Of a stretch of DNA of 64,000 bases, positions 47,722-56,032 are shown in pieces. How positions within the stretch are numbered: position 1 is the stretch's first letter; each line of letters begins with the position of its first letter. The position numbers and the translations under genes were made by a program. This stretch comes from a bacterium (lineage in GTDB: Bacteria > UBA8248), in NCBI GenBank assembly GCA_965204535.1, contig CBDBEV010000001.1:1408001-1472000 (forward strand), written 5' to 3'. Below the pieces are notes generated by a model, which saw only the letters and a list, made by a program, of their open reading frames with translations, had not been told where the DNA came from and ran no database searches.

Positions 47722-48207
47722 GGGGTTGTTGAAAAAGTCCTGATATCGTGATTCCACATATGGAGCCGACCATGGAGGAATGAAACCTTACTCCCCCCTT
47801 GCAGAGCGCCAACCAACCACTCCCCCTCAAGGGTCTGTTGAAAAAGCCCCTGAGGGACCTGCAAACAGAGGGTTCGTAGGGACAGGCCCCTGTGCCTGTC
47901 CGAGGTCCCTGCGGAGCGTAGCCACGGGGATGAACATATACGATGCGGGCGGCCCCATGGGGGTCAGGGCGGCCACAGGGGGCCGCCCCTACGGGAACAT
48001 TGCGGATCGAGGTGAAAGGACGACCAGACCCTCCCCGGCTGTATTCGTCCGTAGGGACAGGTCGCGACCTGTCCCTACACCCCCCTCACGTCGAACACTC
48101 ACTCATCGGGCTTTTTCAACAGACCCCTCAAGGGGGGAGTGATTTTTCTCTCTCGTCGGTCGGTTACATACGACAAATCCAGAGTTCCAGGCTTTTTCAA
48201 CAACCCC
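47722..48207. mobile_element. Outer MITE-like element containing a family-A hairpin
   Basis: GGGGTTGTTGAAAAAG / CTTTTTCAACAACCCC ends; no clean TSD. Confidence 0.65.
47831..48126 (+). mobile_element. Inner IS1182-derived MITE (296 bp) with REP cargo
   Basis: Perfect 19-bp TIR GGGTCTGTTGAAAAAGCCC; exact TSD CTCAA (47826-47830, 48127-48131). Confidence 0.92.
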
Positions 48208-48312
48208 CGACAAGGGAGGCAGGGGGGGTGGTTTTCGAGCCGGGGGCGCATTTGCCCGCATTTGGCGTTACCGGGCATGCGCCCGCGCGGGGCAGGATCG
48301 GGCGCGAGAATT

Positions 48313-48776
48313 GGGAGGAGTTCCGATGGACCCGGGCAGGATGGATCTGGAAAGAAGAAAGCGAACGGACCCGGCGGCCCGGTTTGCTGGCGGCGGACCC
48401 GGCGTTTTCCGCGCGAGGGGAATTCCTGAAAATATCGATAAATTCACGAGGTTTTCCTGTAAATTCCTGAAAATTACTGACCATGCAAGTGGTTGTAACC
48501 AAAAGAGTTATCATGCAAATCTTAGCGTCCCGCACTCAGATATGGCGGCAAAAAAAGTTTTTCGCCGACCCCCGCATTTGCCCGCAACAGCCCGCATTTC
48601 CTCCCGCACCGCATCACGCCGGCAAAGCCTCATTCATCAATCGGCCTTGACCCCCGCATTTGCGCGCATTCGCGCACCCGCGCGGGGGAAGATCGGGCGC
48701 GCGAACCGGGAGGAGTTCCGATGGACCCGGGCAGGATGGATCTGGAAAGAAGAAAGCGAACGGACCCGGCGGCCCG
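48313..48776 (+). repeat. Perfect 69-bp direct repeat (48313-48381 and 48708-48776) bracketing an AT-rich spacer
   Basis: GGGAGGAGTTCCGATGGACCC...GGACCCGGCGGCCCG twice; looser similarity extends about 50 bp upstream. Confidence 0.9.
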
Positions 48777-48787
48777 TGTCGGAACCG

Positions 48788-51070
48788 CTACCCCTCGCCG
48801 GGTTTGGGCATCGTGTAGCCGACGCCGCGCACATTGTGGATGAAGGCCGGCTGTGCGGGGTCGTCGCCGAGCTTGCGGCGGAGTTTCTTCACGAAGTTGC
48901 GCACCGCCTGCACGCTCGCGTCCTCGCGCCTTGACCACACCCGGCGCAGCAGCGCGTCGTGGGTCACCACACGCCCGGCGTTCACCGAGAGCGCGCGCAG
49001 CAGTTCGTACTCGGTGGCGGTGAGTTCCACGGGGCGGCCGCCGACGCTCACGAGCCGCCGCTGGTAGTCGATGGCGAGGTCGCCGAGCGCGAAGGGCTCG
49101 GCCCCCTCGCGGCTTCTGAGCGCGGCTCCGACCCGCGCGGTGAGCTCCGCGGCGGAAAACGGCTTGACGACGTAGTCGGCCGCACCCGCCTCGAGCGCGC
49201 GCACGACGGTCTCCTCTCTCCCGTAGCCCGAGATGAAGATGACCGGCAGGTCGGAGAGTTCGGGCGTCTCGCGCATGAGCTCGACCCCGTCGCGCCCGGG
49301 CAGCATCAGGTCGAGGAGCACGAGGTGCGGCTTTATCGTCCGCACGAGGCGCGCCGCCTCCTCCGGCTCGCCCGTCACGTGCACCGTGTAGCCGGCGCCT
49401 GTGAGCGCCTCGCGGACGTGGCGCAGCGTTTCGGGGTCGTCGTCCACCACCAGGATGGAAGCGGGTTCGCGCGCTCCGACGTCCGTGCGCGGCGGGCCCG
49501 CTACGGCCTCCTCCGCCGCCGGGAGGGTGAAGGTGAAGCGCGCGCCCATGCCCGGCCCCGCGCTCTCGGCCCGGATGCGGCCCCCGTGCGCCTCCACCAG
49601 CCCCCGGCAGATGACGAGCCCCAGGCCGAACCCCGCTGCATCGGAATCGCCTGCCTCGGCGTAACGCCGGAACAGGTGGGGCAGGCGCTCGGGCGCGAAG
49701 CCCCGGCCCTCGTCGGCAACCCACAGCGCCACGCCCGCGTCCTCGCGCGCGGCGCCCACCTCGATGGGCGAGGACTCGGGAGAATGCCGCGCCGCGTTGG
49801 CGATGAGGTTGTTCAGCACCTGCACGATCCGCCGCTCGTCCGCCATCACGCGCGGGAGGTCGGGCGCCAGGTCGACCCGCAGCGTCCGGCGGCCACCGCC
49901 GGCAAGGAACGTCGTCCGCGCCTGCTCGATCAGCTCCGCCGCCTCCACGGCTTCCGTGTCGACAGAGAGCGCGCCCGCGTGGATGCGCCCCGCATCCAGC
50001 AGGTCGCCGATCAGGTCCTGCATCTGGTCGGCCCCCTGCTCGATGATACGGACGAACTGGCGCGTCTCGGCGCGGTCGAACTGGCGCGAAGCGTTCAGAA
50101 GCGCCGACGTCGAGCCCTTGATCGAGGCCAGCGGCGCGCGAAGCTCGTGGCTCACCATGCCCAGGAACTCGATGCGCAGGCGCTCGAGCTCCTCGAGCGG
50201 CGCCAGGTCCTGCATCGTCACCACCACGGACTCCACCTCCTCGTCCGTGCGGATCGGCGTCGCGTTGACCAGCACCCGGACACTGCGCTCCGCGGGGCCC
50301 GAGAGCTCGACCTCCGCGCCTCGCAGCGTCTCGGCGTCCTTCAGATCCGCGAGTGTGACCTCGCGGCCGTCCGCGAGCCGCGCGGTGACCTCCCCGAGCA
50401 CGTCCGCCCCGCTGCTCCCCGGCAGGCCCAGCGCCTCCACCATGCGCCGGGCTTCCAGGTTCAAGGCCGCGGGCTCCGACGTCCGCGCGTAGAACACCGC
50501 CACCCCCACCGGCGAGGTCTCCACCAGGGCTTCGAGGCCCGCTCGCGCGCGGCGCTCCTCGCCGTGCGCGCGGGCGTTCGCGATCGCCCCCGCCGCCTGG
50601 GAGGCGAAGAGCACCAGCAACTCCTCATCCCCGTCCGTGAAGCCCCCGCCCCCCTCCTTGTCCCCCACGAAGAAGTTCCCCATGTGCGCGCCACGGTGGT
50701 GCATCGGCGTGCCCTGGAAGGTCCGGCAAAGGCCCAGCTCGGGCGATAGCCCCAGCGAGCGGATGTGAGCGGGAAAATCGTCCACCCTGAGTGGCCCCTC
50801 CTGATCGCGGAGGTACTCGAACAGCCTGAGCCCGTCGGGCAGGCAGCTCGTCAGGCTGTGCACCTTTTCCGTGCTCAGCCCCGAGGTGACGAACTCCCTG
50901 GGCCCGCCCGACTCGTCCACCGTGGTGATCATGGCGTAGCGCGCGCCCGTGAGCGCGCGGGCGCCCTCGACGACCTCGCGCAGCACGGTCTCCGGCTCCA
51001 GGCTCGCGGTGATCCGCCCGAGCGCCGCGCACAGACGCGAGATGCGTCCCGCCTCTTCGCTTCCGTCCAT
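48788..51070 (-). CDS. Hybrid sensor-regulator: GAF-PAS-HisKA-HATPase-REC-OmpR-type wHTH
   Basis: SHELRAPL, QVLNNLIANA, DEGRG, GLGL; VVDDD, LLDLMLP, KPF; LTATEYELL..VKKLRRKLGD..VRGVGY; ATG at 51070. Confidence 0.92.
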   Translation of the reverse strand: MDGSEEAGRISRLCAALGRITASLEPETVLREVVEGARALTGARYAMITTVDESGGPREFVTSGLSTEKVHSLTSCLPDGLRLFEYLRDQEGPLRVDDFPAHIRSLGLSPELGLCRTFQGTPMHHRGAHMGNFFVGDKEGGGGFTDGDEELLVLFASQAAGAIANARAHGEERRARAGLEALVETSPVGVAVFYARTSEPAALNLEARRMVEALGLPGSSGADVLGEVTARLADGREVTLADLKDAETLRGAEVELSGPAERSVRVLVNATPIRTDEEVESVVVTMQDLAPLEELERLRIEFLGMVSHELRAPLASIKGSTSALLNASRQFDRAETRQFVRIIEQGADQMQDLIGDLLDAGRIHAGALSVDTEAVEAAELIEQARTTFLAGGGRRTLRVDLAPDLPRVMADERRIVQVLNNLIANAARHSPESSPIEVGAAREDAGVALWVADEGRGFAPERLPHLFRRYAEAGDSDAAGFGLGLVICRGLVEAHGGRIRAESAGPGMGARFTFTLPAAEEAVAGPPRTDVGAREPASILVVDDDPETLRHVREALTGAGYTVHVTGEPEEAARLVRTIKPHLVLLDLMLPGRDGVELMRETPELSDLPVIFISGYGREETVVRALEAGAADYVVKPFSAAELTARVGAALRSREGAEPFALGDLAIDYQRRLVSVGGRPVELTATEYELLRALSVNAGRVVTHDALLRRVWSRREDASVQAVRNFVKKLRRKLGDDPAQPAFIHNVRGVGYTMPKPGEG

Positions 51071-51322
51071 CGTTCCCCTCCAGGGCAGAAAAACAGAAGA
51101 ATGCACGTTAACGACATAAAAGTAAAGATATCGGATACGTTGATGATATGCGGCTCTGGTATGATGGAAACAACCGTTCCACCAGAGGGCAGGACCCGGA
51201 AAATGAGACATCGCGTGGAGAGGTTGGCGGGGCTTGCAACCGGTGGCGGCGGTAGAGCGGCGCCGGAAAATATCCGCAAAAGAGATGGTTCAACCTGAGA
51301 CTCTACTGAAGAGAGATTCACC

Positions 51323-51451
51323 ATGGATATCGTGATTTATGTCGTGATTGCGCTTGCCGCCCTTGTCGCCGTGGCCGTTTACCTGGCTCGCTCCGACCGG
51401 AAGGAAGAACCTTGGCGCCTTGCCTGCCTCCCCAAGCAGCCCAAGGGATAG
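51323..51451 (+). CDS. Putative small single-TM protein (42 aa)
   Basis: MDIVIYVVIALAALVAVAVYLARSDRKEEPW...; below ORF-track cutoff. Confidence 0.4.
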   Translation: MDIVIYVVIALAALVAVAVYLARSDRKEEPWRLACLPKQPKG

Positions 51452-51723
51452 GACGAGAAACACCATGACCATCCCTGAAGCGCTCGGGGGTGCGTTCATC
51501 GACCTCCAGGGTTTCGGCAGGCTGAGGGTCGAAGAGAAACCAGCGGATTCTCCGGTGGCGCGATCAGGCATTCAGTCGTCGGGCGCCATGGCAGGGAGTT
51601 TGCGCTGGAATCGTGTCCATCCTTCTACATAGACGGCTACGAGCAAAAGGCCCGTCTTCACGATCGGGAATTGGTGGACCTCTACATTCGGCATACCACT
51701 ATGGTTCAGGTGGGGGGATTGAC

Positions 51724-52725
51724 GTGAAAAACATTCCTGTGCTGCTCGTGATGATGTTTGCGCTTACCGCCTGCATGGGAAGCGGCGGCAGCGCCCCGCC
51801 TGAGGGAGTTCCCATCAAGCTTGAGAGGAATACCGAATTCGACGGCGAGAGCTTGCGGTTTTTCGTGAGCCTGGATGATGGAACCGAGGCTTCCGTCAAC
51901 ACGACCGACGATGTTTACGCCTCCGGGCCCGGGGCAACGCCCATACCCGGCCACCGGGCGAGGACCTGGACGTTCCTCAAGATCACGGATGACGCCACAT
52001 CGGTAGCCCACGCCCTGGTGAGCTGGGACCCGGACGACCCGTCGGACTACCTCATGGCCGGCTGGTGGGCGCGGTTCCCCGACCAGGAGCCGCCGCTTTC
52101 GTTCAAGGGTTTTATGCCGTTCGGGATTATCGACGGTCCGGAACTCGACCATGGCGTCGTGCCGCAGTTGCCGATCGACGGAACGGCCTCATACGCGGGT
52201 CCGGCCGGGGGACTCTATGCATACGTGTTCGGTAGCGACTGGGGAGAGAATGAGGGCGAATTCGTGATCGAGGAATACCAGGGGGCGGTCACCTTGGCCG
52301 TTGACTTCGCGGACGGCACCCTGAAAGGCTGCATCGGGTGCGTGGGCGATCTCGTTACGCAGCGGGGGCATTTCGGCGTTTTCCTGGGCCAGGAGGTGAG
52401 CGACATGCAGGGGGTCGTCAAGGACTACGAACTCCACCTTGCCACGGCGATTATCAGGGAAGACGGCATGTTCAATCGAGACAGGGTGACGTTGAAACAC
52501 CCGGAGCGGACCGTCACGCTAGCGGAGGGGTTCTGGGGCGGGGTCCTTTCCAGCCGCCAGGACACGGACGGGAACCCCCGGCTGGTGATGGGCTTCAGCG
52601 GCGTCGTTTTTGAGGAGAACGACGGCAGCAGAGGCGAGTTAGTCGGGTCTTTCCTGGCGCTGAGCGAGCGGTTCAGGGAGAACGGGGTGTCCCGTTTCCC
52701 GCCCCCTCCTGAAAATGGCAACTGA
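51724..52725 (+). CDS. Lipoprotein with TbpB-like handle/beta-barrel
   Basis: GTG start, lipobox LTA-C, DYLMAGWW, GTASYAGPAGG, VDFADGTLKG, GFWGG..GSF. Confidence 0.78.
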   Translation: MKNIPVLLVMMFALTACMGSGGSAPPEGVPIKLERNTEFDGESLRFFVSLDDGTEASVNTTDDVYASGPGATPIPGHRARTWTFLKITDDATSVAHALVSWDPDDPSDYLMAGWWARFPDQEPPLSFKGFMPFGIIDGPELDHGVVPQLPIDGTASYAGPAGGLYAYVFGSDWGENEGEFVIEEYQGAVTLAVDFADGTLKGCIGCVGDLVTQRGHFGVFLGQEVSDMQGVVKDYELHLATAIIREDGMFNRDRVTLKHPERTVTLAEGFWGGVLSSRQDTDGNPRLVMGFSGVVFEENDGSRGELVGSFLALSERFRENGVSRFPPPPENGN

Positions 52726-52880
52726 TCGATAGACGTGCTTTTTCACCAAAGCGCGCACGCAGGCGTTGGAGCGCGCATTTCGGCTTCTCTCTCGCGCCGG
52801 ACACGAACATCGCCGCAGTGTCGGACTCGGAGATCATCCGAAGCGGCAGGTGAACGAAGAAGCCGCGGGGAGGCAAGAGA

Positions 52881-54194
52881 TTGGGAAAGGGTGTTTGGGG
52901 AGTCGCGGCGTTGTTCGCCGTGTACGCCGCGCTGTACTGGCATCATGTGATCGCTGTGGCTATGCCGCTGCAGGCGCAGTTTTCCTATTTCGCCGGTTCG
53001 TGTTCGGTGATCTGTATGGCGCTGGGCATGGTGTTCTCGGCGCGCCCGCGCGCTATGGAGGCGGCGTTCGGCGGTTTGGACCAGATGTACAGGCTGCACA
53101 AGCATCTCGGCGTCGCCGCCCTGTTGCTGTTCATAGCGCACTACGCGACCGTGCCGGGTGGACCGGAGGGAGACGCCGCGACACTCGGCGCGATTACCGC
53201 TCAAGGAGGCGCGCCCGCGCCAGTGGAGACCGCCGACCGGGAGGAAGGCCTGCCCATCGACCTCTTCGGCCTGGTCGCGATGATCGGCTTCACGCTGCTG
53301 ATCATCATCACGCTGAACCGCAAGATTCCGTATCACATCTGGCTCAGGACCCATCGGTTCATGGGGCTGTTCTTCATCGTGGTCGGCATCCACGTCTTTC
53401 TGGTGCTCCTGGACGGCGAGGAGGTCGCATTCCGCTCGGCTCCGGGCGTCTTCCTTTCGCTGCTCCTGCTCGCGGGACTGGGAGCCTATGCGTACAAGTT
53501 GCTCGTGCATCCGAAGAGGGCGAAACGCCCCTTCACCCTGACCGGGGTCAACAGGCTCGAGCGTGCGACCGAAGTGGTGCTGGAGCCAAAAGACGGAATG
53601 TTTCCCTTCGAGCCGGGGCAGTTCGCCTTCATCACCATCGACGCCGAAGGCTTCCGGGAAGCGCATCCCTTCACCATCTCCTCGGGGGCGAGAGAGGAGA
53701 GGCTTCGCTTCACGATGAAAGTGCTCGGCGACTACACCCGCCGGGTGCGCGAAACGCTGGCCGCGGGCGCCGACGTCGACGTCGAGGGGCCCTACGGACG
53801 GTTCCATCCTCTGAAGGGTCCTGAAAAACAGGTGTGGGTCGCGGGGGGAATCGGGATCACACCGTTCCTCTCAGCACTGCGCACGATGGCGCCGGGACAC
53901 GGCAAGACCGTCCGGCTCTATTACTGCGTGCGCACGGCGAGGGAGGCGCTGTTCTTCAGCGAACTGGAGGCGCGCGCGGACGAGGCGGGCGACGTGAGGA
54001 TCACGCGGTTCGACTCGGGCGCCGGTGCGCGGCTAGACGCGGACATCATCGAGGACGACCTTGATGGTGAATTGAGTGAGTGGAGCTATTATTTCTGCGG
54101 CCCGAAGTCGATGATCGATTCCCTTTCCGGCGCCTTGACCAAACGGGGCGTGCCCGCGCGAAGCATCCATACCGAAGAATTCGAGTTGCGGTGA
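52881..54194 (+). CDS. Ferric reductase-like membrane protein with FAD/NAD-binding domain
   Basis: Heme His motifs (LHKHLG, THRFMG..H), HPFTISS, GPYG, AGGIGITPF, FCGP, EEFE. Confidence 0.9.
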   Translation: MGKGVWGVAALFAVYAALYWHHVIAVAMPLQAQFSYFAGSCSVICMALGMVFSARPRAMEAAFGGLDQMYRLHKHLGVAALLLFIAHYATVPGGPEGDAATLGAITAQGGAPAPVETADREEGLPIDLFGLVAMIGFTLLIIITLNRKIPYHIWLRTHRFMGLFFIVVGIHVFLVLLDGEEVAFRSAPGVFLSLLLLAGLGAYAYKLLVHPKRAKRPFTLTGVNRLERATEVVLEPKDGMFPFEPGQFAFITIDAEGFREAHPFTISSGAREERLRFTMKVLGDYTRRVRETLAAGADVDVEGPYGRFHPLKGPEKQVWVAGGIGITPFLSALRTMAPGHGKTVRLYYCVRTAREALFFSELEARADEAGDVRITRFDSGAGARLDADIIEDDLDGELSEWSYYFCGPKSMIDSLSGALTKRGVPARSIHTEEFELR

Positions 54195-54531
54195 TTGCAC
54201 GTCATGGCACGGTGTCAATGAGCAAGACCCGCCCAGGCCTTATATGTTTTCACAGCCGGATTCCGGATTCACGGCGGGCTGCGATTGCCGTTTCCGGGCA
54301 AGGAACCTGGAAGGACGTGTTCATGACGTTTTCGTAGGCCTTTTTCTCGTGGAAACCCTGTCATTTGTGAAATACACGCAATGGAAAGGACTACAAATCA
54401 TTCCCATCGAGTTTGTGGTGGATGAAAGAAACAACCGGGCGGGGTATGGGGTTTTCAAGTACCTGACGACCCCTTGAAGCGGGAATGCGCCGGTCGAGGT
54501 CTGACGTGGGCGGGAGACGCCGGCGTGCATT

Positions 54532-55818
54532 TCAAAACGAATTCGCCGTGAGGAAGTCATCGATCAGCCGGAACATTTCGCTGAACCTGGGATTGTAGGT
54601 CAGCCGCGCCAGGGCCTCCCCGCTTGGGGCGGCCGCGGCGCCGTCGCCGAACACCTCTCCCCGCCAGGGGCGCGCGGAGGCGAGGCAGCGCGCCACCGCC
54701 TCGGCGCTCGCGCCGGAACTCTGGCCGCAGTTCCGATAGTCGCCGTCCACGCCGTAGTGCGCATTGGCAGGCGCGATATGGATCGATTGGTGGGAGAAAC
54801 CGGCGATCCGCTGTTCGGGCAGGAAACTGTTGCGGTAGCTGATCCGAGAGTCGGCCGGATCGGCCCCCTCCCGCGGGTCGCGGCGATACACGAGCAGCCG
54901 GCTGCCCGAATGAGAGAAGCGGTTCAGGAAGTAGTCGAGATTGGCGGCGGTGTTGATCACGGGGTCATCGGCGCTCTGCGCCATGAATACGGGTGCCGAG
55001 ACGCGGCGCTCTTCCAGCGATCGCGCCAACTCCCGGGTCAGCAGGAACGTTTCCGCAATGGCGTTCACCGGCATCGCCTCATAGCGCGCGTAGTCATCCC
55101 GGGCGTCCCGGTCCAGCCAATCGAAGACATGACGCAGCCAGACCGCCTGGCGGATCCACCAGGCGCGCTCGAGCGCGAGAGCGGGCGAGAATATGAAGGC
55201 CCCGCGCACCGCGGCATCGGTGAGCAAAGCGTGTATGGAGAGCAATCCACCAAGCGAAAAGCCGCCGACGAAGACTTTGTCGACGTCGGTTTGCAGCGTC
55301 TTGAGCCCGAACCGGGTCGCCGCCAGCCAGTCGCCGCGATTCGCGTCTAACAGGTCTCCCGCCCGCGTGCCGTGGCCGGGCAGCAGCATCACCCGAACCA
55401 GAAAGCAGCGCGCCGCGAACGCATCGGCCAGGTCACGCATGGCCAGGGGCATGTCGGACAAACCGTGTAGAAGCAAGACGCCCCGGCCCGGGCGGTCACT
55501 CGCCGCCGGCAGGCATCGATCGGCGGGCGCTCGCTCGAAGGGAGTCGAAGCGGCGAGCTCCGTCTCCACCCGGCGCGGGTCCATATACACCTTGTGGCGT
55601 TCGAGCCTCTTGCGCGTCTGCCGGACATAGTCGCCGAAATCGCGATAACGGCCGGGATCGAACGGCAATCCCTCGCCTGAGGGTTGAAACCGCGCGCCAT
55701 CGGCTTTCGGGCCCGGGGAAGATGTGCCGGCGGAGAGCGATTGGTCGATCGCCACGAATCCAAGCGCGGCAAGCAAACACGCCGCTGCGGCCATCACTCT
55801 CATGGTTACGTTACTCAA
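54532..55818 (-). CDS. Secreted alpha/beta hydrolase (esterase/lysophospholipase-like)
   Basis: LLLHGLSD, LLPGHGT, nucleophile GFSLGG, DPVI, SH. Confidence 0.88.
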   Translation of the reverse strand: MSNVTMRVMAAAACLLAALGFVAIDQSLSAGTSSPGPKADGARFQPSGEGLPFDPGRYRDFGDYVRQTRKRLERHKVYMDPRRVETELAASTPFERAPADRCLPAASDRPGRGVLLLHGLSDMPLAMRDLADAFAARCFLVRVMLLPGHGTRAGDLLDANRGDWLAATRFGLKTLQTDVDKVFVGGFSLGGLLSIHALLTDAAVRGAFIFSPALALERAWWIRQAVWLRHVFDWLDRDARDDYARYEAMPVNAIAETFLLTRELARSLEERRVSAPVFMAQSADDPVINTAANLDYFLNRFSHSGSRLLVYRRDPREGADPADSRISYRNSFLPEQRIAGFSHQSIHIAPANAHYGVDGDYRNCGQSSGASAEAVARCLASARPWRGEVFGDGAAAAPSGEALARLTYNPRFSEMFRLIDDFLTANSF

Positions 55819-56032
55819 CTGTTTCCGCTCCCGGTTTCACTTCACCTTCCGTTCAAGATGCCATCTCCTGCGGTACGCTGCAAATCATTGATCGGGGACG
55901 GTGGACAATTGCCGGGGTGCTTTATCGGATGAGCCGCCTTCTCTTCCTCTTCGTTTTTTCCCGAAGCACGGGTATAATGGCGCTGCTCCAAAGGGTTTTC
56001 TTTCACCAGGGAAGCGCCGTGGGGGTTTCGAG

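Noticed and set aside
12051-48207. Repeat clusters as CRISPR arrays
   Set aside because: Units are inverted palindromes without regular repeat-spacer periodicity, and no cas genes are present
51224-51238. TTGGCGGGGCTTGCA as a sigma54 promoter
   Set aside because: GG-GC spacing is 8 nt rather than 10, and the TGG is missing in the second copy
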